NCBI GenBank assembly: GCA_964486065.1
Contig: CAZAKN010000001.1
Location: 157,640-221,639 of the forward strand
Origin: an uncultured Gammaproteobacteria bacterium
GTDB lineage: Bacteria > Patescibacteriota > Patescibacteriia > UBA11705 > JABHMO01
Reading direction: 5' to 3'
DNA: 64,000 nucleotides
Shown here: positions 1 to 9,044 of the stretch, piece after piece
Position numbering within the stretch: position 1 is the first letter of the stretch
How the letters are laid out: each line of letters starts with the position of its first letter
The notes under the pieces: generated by a model
Databases searched by the model: none
What the model was told of the DNA's origin: nothing
What the model saw: only the letters and a program-made list of their open reading frames with translations
Made by a program: the position numbers and the translations under genes

Positions 1-35
1 CGCTACGCGCGGCCGGTGCTTAGGATTTGTAATAA

Positions 36-74
36 TAAAAAAATGACCCGCTTCATCGCTACGGGTCATTTTTT
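36..74. terminator. Bidirectional intrinsic terminator downstream of rplU
   Basis: aaaaaaatgacccg...cgggtcattttttt inverted repeat with A and T tracts. Confidence 0.7.
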
Positions 75-78
75 TATT

Positions 79-393
79 TTAGATTTTGTTGATTTTAACT
101 TTGGTATAATGTTGTCTGTGTCCCAAATTTCTGCGATATCTGGTCTTGGATTTAAACTTGATAACTTGCATCTTGCGACTTCTGCCTTGTTCCATTATTT
201 CGGCTTCCACTTTTTTGTCAGCCAGATAGGGTTGTCCCAATTCCAGATTATCACCTTTTTCATCACTGATAAGCAGAACTTTGTCAAAAGCGAATTTTTC
301 GCCGGGTTCTCCGGAAATTTTTTCAATCTTTAATATTTCGCCTTCTTTAACTTTATATTGTTTTCCACCGGTTTTGATTACAGCTAATTTCAT
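79..393 (-). CDS. rplU: 50S ribosomal protein L21
   Basis: MKLAVIKTGGKQYKV...GHRQHYTKVKI signature; start moved to the internal Met. Confidence 0.97.
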   Translation of the reverse strand: MKLAVIKTGGKQYKVKEGEILKIEKISGEPGEKFAFDKVLLISDEKGDNLELGQPYLADKKVEAEIMEQGRSRKMQVIKFKSKTRYRRNLGHRQHYTKVKINKI

Positions 394-468
394 ATGTCTT
401 TTTAACGCCAAAATCCGCGTCATGAGTTATTTGTAATGTCAATATAATAAAGCATTGCGCGAGATCTG

Positions 469-1575
469 TCAAGCCGTTTCCTTCTCTTTGACTCTCTTAT
501 ATATATACGCCAAAAGTAACATGAAAATCAATCCTGCCACCATGGCCAAGATAACAAAACTGATGCCGAAATCCTGAATATAATAAGCGACCAAACCGAA
601 AATCATTATGATGGAATACAGGAAAAGAACGGCTTGCTTCACACTCATGCCGGAATCCAGAAGCCGATGATGCAAATGCTTGCGATCCGCGCTTTTGAAC
701 GGCGAATGACCTTCCATCAGCCGACGAATAATCGTCCAGATGAAATCCAAAACCGGAATACTCAGAAGCATCAAAGTAACGCCGACTTTGCTACCGCTGA
801 TAATGGATAAACTGCCAAGCAAAAAGCCGGCCAAAGTACTACCTCCTTCACCAAGAAAAATTCTGGCGGGATTGAAATTAAAAACCAAAAAAGCAATAAA
901 CGCGCCAACAATAATCAAAGCCAAAAGCGCGACATCGTATTGAATAATGTCCGCTTTATTCAAAGCGGTGATAAAGATAAAAAAAGACGCAATAATGGTT
1001 ACTCCGGAAACCAAACCATCCAATCCGTCCAAAAGTTTAGTCGTATACATCATCCCCATCAACCACACGAAGGTGAACAAATCCGCCAAAAGCGTCAATT
1101 GATAAGGAAAACCATGATACCAAAAAGCGGTTATTTTAAAACCGTTCAAATACCAAATCCCTTCACCGAACGGATTGGTAATCCAATCAATTCCCACACC
1201 ACAAACAATTACAGAGATCACCGCCAGAATCGGCCAGATAATTTGCCGACTCGGTTTTAAATCATATTTATCATCCAGAAAACCACCGATAACCAGAAAC
1301 AACCCGCCGATTAAAATCCCAATAATGTTCCGAGCGATTATAGTTCCACCTGTTAAATAATCGCTATAAATCAAGTAATACCCGGTAACCGCGCCAAAAC
1401 TCAAAAAAACACCCAACCCGCCCAAAAGCGGAATCGGTCTTTTGTGAATTTTCCTTTTACCTTTGGGAATATCCAGAATTTCCCATTTCTTGGCAAGCCG
1501 AATAATCGGCGGAGTAAAAATCAAACCGAGTACAAATGTCGCCACCATGGCTATGATAAATATGTCGGCATTCAT
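469..1575 (-). CDS. MraY/WecA-family undecaprenyl-phosphate GlcNAc-1-P transferase
   Basis: Multi-TM protein with HKRPIPLLGG, GFLDD, DGLDGL, FNFNPARIFLG and DRKHLHHRL motifs. Confidence 0.9.
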   Translation of the reverse strand: MNADIFIIAMVATFVLGLIFTPPIIRLAKKWEILDIPKGKRKIHKRPIPLLGGLGVFLSFGAVTGYYLIYSDYLTGGTIIARNIIGILIGGLFLVIGGFLDDKYDLKPSRQIIWPILAVISVIVCGVGIDWITNPFGEGIWYLNGFKITAFWYHGFPYQLTLLADLFTFVWLMGMMYTTKLLDGLDGLVSGVTIIASFFIFITALNKADIIQYDVALLALIIVGAFIAFLVFNFNPARIFLGEGGSTLAGFLLGSLSIISGSKVGVTLMLLSIPVLDFIWTIIRRLMEGHSPFKSADRKHLHHRLLDSGMSVKQAVLFLYSIIMIFGLVAYYIQDFGISFVILAMVAGLIFMLLLAYIYKRVKEKETA

Positions 1576-1652
1576 ATGAAAATATTTTACTGCAATTTTT
1601 CGCGATTAGCAAAAACTCCCCTGTCCATGCGGGGAGTTTTTAAATACTGAAA

Positions 1653-4409
1653 TTATATTTCCGGCGCTTTTTCAATTCTTAATTCCCCGCCCACATCATA
1701 GAAAACTTTATCTCGGCGACTGATATCACCTTTAAGCAAACGATTGGCCAACGCGTCCTCCACTTTTTCTTGGATAACGCGTCTGAGCGGTCTGGCTCCG
1801 AATTTCGGATCAAATCCGACTTCCGCCAACTCGGCCAAAGCCGCGTCGGTTACCGCGAACTCAATCCCTTTTTCGTCCAACCTTTTAACTACTCGACCGA
1901 CCATGAGACGAGCGATTTTTATCACATCCGTTAATGACAAAGGTTTAAACACGATCACGCCGTCAAAACGATTCAAAAATTCCGGCCGATAACTTTCTCT
2001 TAATTCATTTTCCAGAAGATGCGTTTTCACGCTTTCAATGTCCACTCCGGCCTTTATCTGATCTTGGATATAATGCGCGCCGGCATTGGATGTCATGATA
2101 ACGATGGTATTGGTAAAATCAACCGTGCGACCTTGCGCGTCCGTCAGACGACCATCATCCATCAATTGCAAAAAAACATTCAATATATCAGGATGCGCTT
2201 TTTCCACTTCATCAAATAAAAGTAAAGAAAAAGGATTTTTGCGCACTTGTTCGGTTAAAATACCGGGATTATCACCTCTACCGAGCATACGATCCAGAGA
2301 TGATTTTTCTTGATATTCACTCATGTCAATTCTGATCATGGCGTCTTCGCGACCGTAATAAACTTCCGCCACGGTTTTCGCCAATTCAGTCTTACCCACT
2401 CCGGTCGGACCGAGAAAGAGCATGCTGGCGATCGGTCTTTTCCCTTCTCGCAATTCAGCACGTGCGCGCCTGATGGATTTAGCCACCATGTCCACGGCCG
2501 GATCTTGACCGATCATTCTTTCATGAATTTTTTGTTCCAAATGCAAAAGTTTTTCCGTTTCACTTTCAGATACTTCGGTCAAAGGTATATTGGTCATATT
2601 GGAAACCACTTGTGCCACATCATCGGCGCGAACAACTTTATTCTCACCTTTTTCTTTGCGAACCTTGATGGCCGTCGCTTCCAAGATTTCAATGGCCTTG
2701 TCAGGCAAACGGCGATCATGAATATAGCGATCACTGAGTCGCGCCGCTTTCTCAATCGCCCCATAAGAAAAATAAACTTTATTCTGATATTCAATAACCC
2801 CGCTTTTCGCTTCCAAAACCCAAATCGCGTCATTAATTTCCATTTCTTTGATTTGAATCAATTGAAAAGCCGAATCCAAATTGGTATTTTCAATCGCTTT
2901 GCCGTAATCAGTCGGATTGGTGGTGGCGATAATGTGGAATAATCCTTTACGCGCGATATCGGCGAACACTTCCGCCAAATCCAAACTACTATCACCGCCC
3001 GCGGTGATGCCGGTCAAATTATGCAAATCTTCCACCGCCAAAACAATGTTACCCGAACGAATTATTTCATCCGTAACCTGTAAAATCCTTTGTTCGGCCG
3101 TAGCCGCGTCTGCGCCCGCCAGCAAACGAGATACGCTCAAACTAACCAATCTTTTATCTTGTAAAATTTCCGGTACATCTTCTATGGCCATGCGTTGCGC
3201 CAAACCGTGAATGATAGCTGTCTTACCCACGCCCAAAGATCCGTTCAGCAAAACTCCTTCTCGCGAACCTTCCATGATTTGAAAGATTCTTTCCATTTCC
3301 GCGTCGCGTCCGATACAAGGAAACAAACTTCCGTATTTGGCTTTCAAAGTTAAATCTTCACTGATTTTATTAAGTAAAGGCGTGGCTTGCGCTGTCATGG
3401 CTCTATCCAAACCGCTTTTCGGCTTATAGCGAGCTCTACCGCGAAAATGTTGTAAATTACGACGCAATTGTTCTTGTATCCTGATCCATGCCACCACATT
3501 TATAAGCTTTTGATAATCAAAACCCATTTCAATCAAAAGCTCTTCCACATCATCCGTTTCAACTTGCAAATCAATGTCTTGCGGTGAAGCCAAAGCCTGA
3601 ACCGCTTCCACCACGCTCACTTTAGTCAAACTATCTTCATAAGCATTATAATACGCCAGAAGCAAAAGTTTACGCATATTGGCGGAAAGAACCGGCTTAC
3701 CGGAACGACTTAAAATATTTTTCATGAGATAATTGCTGACCTTGGTTTTAAATGCACTAAAATCAATACCAAGCCGACCCAAAATAATCGCCGACTTATC
3801 AAACTCCGGCAACACGCCGAAAAAATGCGCGCGCTTCATTTCATGATGTCCGAAATGTTTGGCTAAACGCCATCCGGTTTCAACCGAACGAAGTGCGTCT
3901 TCAGTAAAAGAATCCGAAATATCCACGGTTTTATTCGCATAATCTTGCCAAACCTCGTTAAAAGTCAATTGTTCATGCCAAACATCCGTATCATCGTATT
4001 TCCGCTTCATCACGAAATTACCCATGGAAATTTCTTTTTCCAAACGATAATACAAATACAAAGCGATTAATAAGGTTATCCAAAAATATAATTTTTCCAC
4101 GCTCGGCGTAAACCAATATTGCAAAGAAAAAAATGTTTCAAAACCGCGATCATAACCGAAATATGCTAACCAAGCAATCCCTGAAACCGCGAAAATCGCC
4201 AAGAGCATATTGTAGACCATTTTAAAACGACGGCTGATTTTCGCAAATCCCAAATTGGCTTCATCATATTGTTTGCCCCAATACAAAATCCTATCGCGCA
4301 ATATCAAGCCAACTCCCGCGCCACGACAATTATCACACACTTCCCCGCCACTCGCGCCCGCGCCATCACAATGTGAGCAAGTTATAAAATTTAAATTTTT
4401 TTTATCCAT
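1653..4409 (-). CDS. ClpA/ClpC-like AAA+ ATPase with N-terminal Zn-finger-like motif and TM helices
   Basis: Walker A motifs GSLGVGKT and GPTGVGKT; IDMSEY, FDEVEKAH, RPEFLNR, FGARPLRR; N-terminal CxxCxG x2 plus hydrophobic helices. Confidence 0.9.
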   Translation of the reverse strand: MDKKNLNFITCSHCDGAGASGGEVCDNCRGAGVGLILRDRILYWGKQYDEANLGFAKISRRFKMVYNMLLAIFAVSGIAWLAYFGYDRGFETFFSLQYWFTPSVEKLYFWITLLIALYLYYRLEKEISMGNFVMKRKYDDTDVWHEQLTFNEVWQDYANKTVDISDSFTEDALRSVETGWRLAKHFGHHEMKRAHFFGVLPEFDKSAIILGRLGIDFSAFKTKVSNYLMKNILSRSGKPVLSANMRKLLLLAYYNAYEDSLTKVSVVEAVQALASPQDIDLQVETDDVEELLIEMGFDYQKLINVVAWIRIQEQLRRNLQHFRGRARYKPKSGLDRAMTAQATPLLNKISEDLTLKAKYGSLFPCIGRDAEMERIFQIMEGSREGVLLNGSLGVGKTAIIHGLAQRMAIEDVPEILQDKRLVSLSVSRLLAGADAATAEQRILQVTDEIIRSGNIVLAVEDLHNLTGITAGGDSSLDLAEVFADIARKGLFHIIATTNPTDYGKAIENTNLDSAFQLIQIKEMEINDAIWVLEAKSGVIEYQNKVYFSYGAIEKAARLSDRYIHDRRLPDKAIEILEATAIKVRKEKGENKVVRADDVAQVVSNMTNIPLTEVSESETEKLLHLEQKIHERMIGQDPAVDMVAKSIRRARAELREGKRPIASMLFLGPTGVGKTELAKTVAEVYYGREDAMIRIDMSEYQEKSSLDRMLGRGDNPGILTEQVRKNPFSLLLFDEVEKAHPDILNVFLQLMDDGRLTDAQGRTVDFTNTIVIMTSNAGAHYIQDQIKAGVDIESVKTHLLENELRESYRPEFLNRFDGVIVFKPLSLTDVIKIARLMVGRVVKRLDEKGIEFAVTDAALAELAEVGFDPKFGARPLRRVIQEKVEDALANRLLKGDISRRDKVFYDVGGELRIEKAPEI

Positions 4410-4791
4410 AAATAGTTTGTAAAAATCCCGCGTTGATGATTATTTGAAAAATCAAAAAAACTGGCAAAGCCATCCAAAACAAAAAAGCCACTATCGCGAA
4501 TATTACCCAAAACAAAAAAATAAAAAAGCGGAAAAAAATTTGCGCCAATCTAATGAAAAAACTGATCAATCTCCCCTGCCAATCATGTTGACCAAACATG
4601 GGTTTAAACAAATTTTTTACCCAAACCGATAAACCGATCTCTCGGTTTCCCGTGCGGATAGTGTTAATCATATTGGCAAAGGCTTTTTTCACTCCGCCCG
4701 TATACCACCAAATCGGCCAGCGTAGCAAATCAAAAATCACTTCATCTAAAATGAATTTTATTGACCTCAAAGCCAGATTATCATTAACCAT
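4402..4791 (-). CDS. Hypothetical membrane protein coupled to the Clp ATPase
   Basis: 129 aa, Trp-rich, C-terminal TM region; overlaps the clp start. Confidence 0.75.
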   Translation of the reverse strand: MVNDNLALRSIKFILDEVIFDLLRWPIWWYTGGVKKAFANMINTIRTGNREIGLSVWVKNLFKPMFGQHDWQGRLISFFIRLAQIFFRFFIFLFWVIFAIVAFLFWMALPVFLIFQIIINAGFLQTIYG

Positions 4792-4881
4792 AAATTTTTT
4801 TCTTAAATATGCTGTTTGGTTTTTTCAATTATACCATTTTTTACACATATAAAAAAGAATTTAATCAACAAATCCACATTT

Positions 4882-5090
4882 AAAAAAAAATAAAACACCG
4901 GGACACATGATGTGTCCCGGCTGAAAACGTGGGCAGCTGCACTTTTGGAATTCAAAGGGGAAATGAATTCCGTGTTTTTCCAGATGACAAGTATTAGCTC
5001 TTTCAACAGGCGGGAAATTTGTTAAGGTGGGGATGATAGGAATCTTGCTCGTTTTTGCTCATCGCTTTTCTTTCCGGTAGGACAGCTGCC
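4882..5090 (-). ncRNA. Candidate structured ncRNA of about 200 nt (6S-sized)
   Basis: Promoter TTGCAA-N16-TATAAT (5123-5096); closing stem GGCAGCTG/CAGCTGCC; internal hairpins; terminator 4898-4920 followed by a U-tract. Confidence 0.55.
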
Positions 5091-5124
5091 TTGGCATTAT
5101 ACTGAATTAAAAATTTTTTGCAAG

Positions 5125-7101
5125 CTAATCATAGTAAATAACTTTTTCTTCATCATCGTAAAAATCTTGTTGATCATTATCAAAATATGAATTACTGCGT
5201 TCCACGGTAAATTTACTTTGATCAATTTCCCGCAAAAACATGGACGGCTCGGAACGCATTTCTCCGTATTTATAACTGAAACTTTTTACCGGATAATACA
5301 TATTCAATTCGTCTTTGGCTCGCGTAACCGCCACATAAAACAAACGCCTTTCCTCTTCCAAGTCTTTGGTATTTTCCATACAGCGTTGATGCGGGAAATG
5401 CCCATCGCGCAAACCGATGATAAAAACATACGGCCATTCCAATCCTTTGGCTTGATGGATGGTGGACAAAACCACGGCATTTTGACTACCACTTTCCGCG
5501 CGATCAAAATTTTCACTCAGCGCCACATCCGCCAAAAGCTCATCCAAGCTTTGATATTTGGACGCGAAATCAGCGAACTGTCGCAGATCATCTAAACGAT
5601 CTTTGTAATTTTCATACGAATTTCTCAAATATTCACTATATCCCGCTTCAATAATCAAATCCACGGCTTCCGCCAAATTACCCGTTTTCATTGACGCTAA
5701 ATTTTTCAAAACGAATTTCAATTTATCCATGGACAGCCCGGCTTTGCCTGATAAGCCGTAATCAAACTTGGCCGCTTCGTGCAAATCTTTCAACTCGGCA
5801 ATCATTTTCCAAATCTTCATGGCACCTTTCAAACCGATCCCCTCTTGCTTTAATAAAACTCTTTGCCAAGCCAATTCATCTCGCAAATTGGCCATGATTT
5901 TCAAATACGCGGTCAAATCTTTGATATGCGCTTGTTCAAAATATCTCATGCCACCGCGGATTATATAAGGAATATTATTTTTACTAAGCTCCAATTGCAA
6001 TGAAGCTGATTGGAAATTGGCGCGATACAGAACCGCCATGTCTCCATAATTCGCGCCTGAACGATATAATTCCATGACGCGTTTTAAAACTTTTACGGTT
6101 TGTCCGTTTTCATCTCTGGCCGGGATTAAACCGGGCAAAAGACTACTCGGCCTTTCCGCTGATAAATCTTTTTGATATTGATTAAGATTTTTTTTAATTA
6201 TTTCATTGGCCAAATCCAGAATCTGAGGCGTGCTGCGATAATTTTTTTCTATTTTGAAAATTTTGGCTTGAGGAAAAAGATTTGGGAAGTTTAAAATATT
6301 TCTTACATCAGCAGCGCGAAAAGAATAAATACTTTGCGAATCATCCCCCACCACCAAAACATTTTTATGATGATCGGCCAAAAGCTTGATAATTTCCGCC
6401 TGAATATAATTGGTGTCTTGATATTCGTCCACCAAAACATATTGAAATTTTTTCGCGTAATAATTTTTCACTTCCGGAAAATCTTGCAACAGTTTCAACC
6501 AATTGGTCAGCAAATCATCAAAATCCATACCATTCACTTCCTTTTTCTTGATTTCATATCGCGAAGCGATTTGTTCGGCTTGATTGGCCACGGGCATGGG
6601 ATAACCGTAATGTTCGGTAGCGGTTTCTTGAATTCCCGCATTGGTATTACGCGCGTAGCTAAGCAAACTCAGCACAACACTCGGCTTGGGGAAATTTTTC
6701 CCTTTGGTATCCAGACTCAGCTCGGACATTATGTTTTTAATCATGGAAACACTATCTTCTTGATCCATGATAGTGAAATTATTTTTATAACCGAGTTTTG
6801 GCGCGTGTTGGCGCAAAATCAAATTGGCAATATGATGAAAAGTTCCACCATGCATCCCTCGTGGTTTTTCTCCCAATAAAGATTCCACGCGATCCAGCAT
6901 TTCCTTAGCCGCTTTATTGGTAAAAGTAACCAAAATAATGTTTTGTGGCTCAATTCCTTGTTCAATCAAATAAGCTACACGAAAAACCAAGGTTCTAGTC
7001 TTCCCACTTCCCGCTCCGGCTAAAACCAAGGCCGGACCATCACCTTGAGTAACGACTTTATATTGCTCTAAATTTAGATGTTTTTTATAATCAATCAGCA
7101 T
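5125..7101 (-). CDS. uvrD: UvrD/PcrA/Rep-family SF1 DNA helicase
   Basis: AGAGSGKT, TFTNKAA, VDEYQD, VGDDSQSIYSFR, NYRS, STIHQAKGLE, EERRLFYVAVTRA. Confidence 0.93.
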   Translation of the reverse strand: MLIDYKKHLNLEQYKVVTQGDGPALVLAGAGSGKTRTLVFRVAYLIEQGIEPQNIILVTFTNKAAKEMLDRVESLLGEKPRGMHGGTFHHIANLILRQHAPKLGYKNNFTIMDQEDSVSMIKNIMSELSLDTKGKNFPKPSVVLSLLSYARNTNAGIQETATEHYGYPMPVANQAEQIASRYEIKKKEVNGMDFDDLLTNWLKLLQDFPEVKNYYAKKFQYVLVDEYQDTNYIQAEIIKLLADHHKNVLVVGDDSQSIYSFRAADVRNILNFPNLFPQAKIFKIEKNYRSTPQILDLANEIIKKNLNQYQKDLSAERPSSLLPGLIPARDENGQTVKVLKRVMELYRSGANYGDMAVLYRANFQSASLQLELSKNNIPYIIRGGMRYFEQAHIKDLTAYLKIMANLRDELAWQRVLLKQEGIGLKGAMKIWKMIAELKDLHEAAKFDYGLSGKAGLSMDKLKFVLKNLASMKTGNLAEAVDLIIEAGYSEYLRNSYENYKDRLDDLRQFADFASKYQSLDELLADVALSENFDRAESGSQNAVVLSTIHQAKGLEWPYVFIIGLRDGHFPHQRCMENTKDLEEERRLFYVAVTRAKDELNMYYPVKSFSYKYGEMRSEPSMFLREIDQSKFTVERSNSYFDNDQQDFYDDEEKVIYYD

Positions 7102-7152
7102 AAATTTCCTTTATTTTAGCATAAATACATGATTAACAAAACATGTCCAGCC

Positions 7153-7181
7153 TTGACTTTTTTTAAAAAATATGATACACT
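7153..7181 (+). promoter_or_regulatory. sigma70 promoter of the orphan pair
   Basis: TTGACT-N17-TACACT with extended -10 TG. Confidence 0.65.
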
Positions 7182-7200
7182 TACATATTGTTGTTTGACA

Positions 7201-7270
7201 GTCTAACCTTCCGTGACGCCGAATTCTTCGGCGCCACTCAACCTTTTGCAAAGGAGCAAAAAGATGAATA
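7201..7270 (+). repeat. 70-bp leader direct repeat, copy 1 (hairpin + SD + ATG)
   Basis: 66 of 70 positions identical to 7666-7735. Confidence 0.95.
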
Positions 7271-7671
7271 TGATTTCCAGCGCCAAGACCATCGCGGAAA
7301 CCCTACGGGAGATCCGCGAAAACAAGCACCATGAACTCTCGTTCATGGTGAAAGAAGCGCGAGAGGAGTGGCAAAAGCGTAGTAAATGCTTTGAGCAAAA
7401 GCTCCTCCAAGTCATCGCCGGCAAAAACTCCGATGAGGAGCTTTCCGACGATGATTTGCAGGTAGTATTCTGCGCGCACCTATTTTTAATTGCTATCTCC
7501 CTCCAAAAAGGATGGGCGGAGGAGCTAGAATTTGCATCCCCCAATTTGGAGGATGCCGTGGTGATCTGGCAGATGCTCGAAGCCAAACGAGCCATGGAGG
7601 CTATTGAGCGAGGGGAGATGGAAACCATCACCCTCGAAGAAGCACAAACAAGATGGGGCCTCACCGACTAA
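7264..7671 (+). CDS. Orphan protein with antitoxin-like C-terminus
   Basis: AAGGAG-N7-ATG at 7264; C-terminus LEDA...EAIERGEMETITLEEAQTRWGL. Confidence 0.7.
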   Translation: MNMISSAKTIAETLREIRENKHHELSFMVKEAREEWQKRSKCFEQKLLQVIAGKNSDEELSDDDLQVVFCAHLFLIAISLQKGWAEELEFASPNLEDAVVIWQMLEAKRAMEAIERGEMETITLEEAQTRWGLTD

Positions 7672-7735
7672 CCACCCGTGGCGCCGAATTCTTCGGCGCC
7701 ACTCAACCTTTTGCAAAGGAGCAAAAAGATGAATA
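7666..7735 (+). repeat. 70-bp leader direct repeat, copy 2
   Basis: Perfect 11-bp stem GTGGCGCCGAA-TTC-TTCGGCGCCAC, then AAGGAG and ATG at 7729. Confidence 0.95.
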
Positions 7736-7905
7736 ATAAGGAAAAGGAAAAACAGTACTGCGAGAGGATGGAAACCATCCTCGGTCTGATCGCCGCCGAA
7801 CGCGGATTGCGTAGAGGCGTTTTCACGGAGTTCAACGAACAGGAAGTTCAAAGATTGCGCGCCGAACGGAAAGAAAGGCGCGCCGAACAAACGACCATTC
7901 AATAA
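7729..7905 (+). CDS. Small orphan protein (58 aa, charged, likely helical)
   Basis: SD-led ATG; ORF ends just before a terminator. Confidence 0.6.
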   Translation: MNNKEKEKQYCERMETILGLIAAERGLRRGVFTEFNEQEVQRLRAERKERRAEQTTIQ

Positions 7906-7911
7906 AAACAT

Positions 7912-7940
7912 AACCGCCAATCCCACAGGATTGGCGGTTT
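7912..7940. terminator. Intrinsic terminator between the orphan pair and queH
   Basis: aaccgccaatcc-caca-ggattggcggtt followed by T residues. Confidence 0.8.
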
Positions 7941-7959
7941 TCTATTTGATTTAAATATA

Positions 7960-8496
7960 TTATTCCTTCGGCATACTAAACTCACATCCGCAATAATTCT
8001 GTCTATGAAAGCCTTGTTCAGCGCTCAATTCACAAGCTTTCTTATAACCATCATTTTTTCGCCAGATCATATCAATGAATCGCAAGTTATATTTAGTCGC
8101 GATTTGGTGACCGATTTCATTTATTTGTTCAGCGTTTTTCAGTGGACTGATAGTCAGAGTGGTGGCCAAAGCCTCAACTTTCAACTCCTCGGCTTTTAAA
8201 GCGGTTTTATTTAGTCTGTGGGAAAAACAAATCGCGCAACGATCACCACGCTCCGGCACTTGTTCCAACCCCTTAATCTCACTCAGCCACTCTTGCCGAT
8301 CATAATTTTCTTGAAAAAACTTCACTCCCCTAGCTTCGCAGAATTGCTTCATTTCATCTTTGCGCCAATCATGTTCTTTCCGCGGATAAATATTAGGATT
8401 AAAAAAATAAACCGCCACATCATGACCGTCCTCCAATAATTTTTCTAAAACATAAGCGCCACATGGCGCGCAACAATCATGAAGCAATATTTTCAT
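7960..8496 (-). CDS. queH: Epoxyqueuosine reductase QueH (DUF208)
   Basis: LLHDCCAPC, FFNPNIYP, RGDRCAIC and RQNYCGCEFS motifs. Confidence 0.92.
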   Translation of the reverse strand: MKILLHDCCAPCGAYVLEKLLEDGHDVAVYFFNPNIYPRKEHDWRKDEMKQFCEARGVKFFQENYDRQEWLSEIKGLEQVPERGDRCAICFSHRLNKTALKAEELKVEALATTLTISPLKNAEQINEIGHQIATKYNLRFIDMIWRKNDGYKKACELSAEQGFHRQNYCGCEFSMPKE

Positions 8497-8600
8497 ATCT
8501 GATTATTATTATGAAAAATTGGTGCTTTTGAAATCGTAATTAAATATTTACTGATATAATATTTTTTAAAACTCAAAAATAAAACATTTAATCCGCTCTT

Positions 8601-9044
8601 CTACTTTCTACGCTTCAACTTTTCAATCAACTCCCGGCCGAGCCAATAATAAATTATCAATAAAATCACCAAGCCGTAAACCAACCATAAAAACCAATTA
8701 TTACTCAAAGACCAAAAGGAAATTTTCATAACCACGCGATCCTTTTCCACATTACCGAATTCATCACGCACCCGCACTTCAACGACATGCTCGCCTTTGT
8801 CAAAATAATACTCCAACTCGGGTTCTTGATATTTTTCCCGTCCATCAATCGTCCATTCATATTCCAATTCCTGATGATCCCGCAAATTATGGACCACCCG
8901 AAATTCATAAGACTGCCAACCGATTTTTTCAAATCGGATATGCGCCTCGGTCAGAGGCGTGGCGAATTCTCTTTCTTCGGCTCGCGATTGACAGCCACTC
9001 GCGACAAGCAAGCAAAGCAATATTATTTTGATGGCTTTATTCAT
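8601..9044 (-). CDS. Exported PKD/Ig-like protein with C-terminal TM
   Basis: Signal peptide with ASGC lipobox-like motif; YEWTIDG...GEHVVEVRVRD; TM helix and basic tail. Confidence 0.65.
   Translation of the reverse strand: MNKAIKIILLCLLVASGCQSRAEEREFATPLTEAHIRFEKIGWQSYEFRVVHNLRDHQELEYEWTIDGREKYQEPELEYYFDKGEHVVEVRVRDEFGNVEKDRVVMKISFWSLSNNWFLWLVYGLVILLIIYYWLGRELIEKLKRRK

Noticed and set aside
4803-5006. 67-aa minus-strand ORF
   Set aside because: TTG start with no RBS; it runs through the terminator of the candidate ncRNA
7201-7735. CRISPR array or integron attC interpretation of the 70-bp repeat
   Set aside because: Only two copies 465 bp apart, no cas or intI gene in the window, and no closing GTTRRRY
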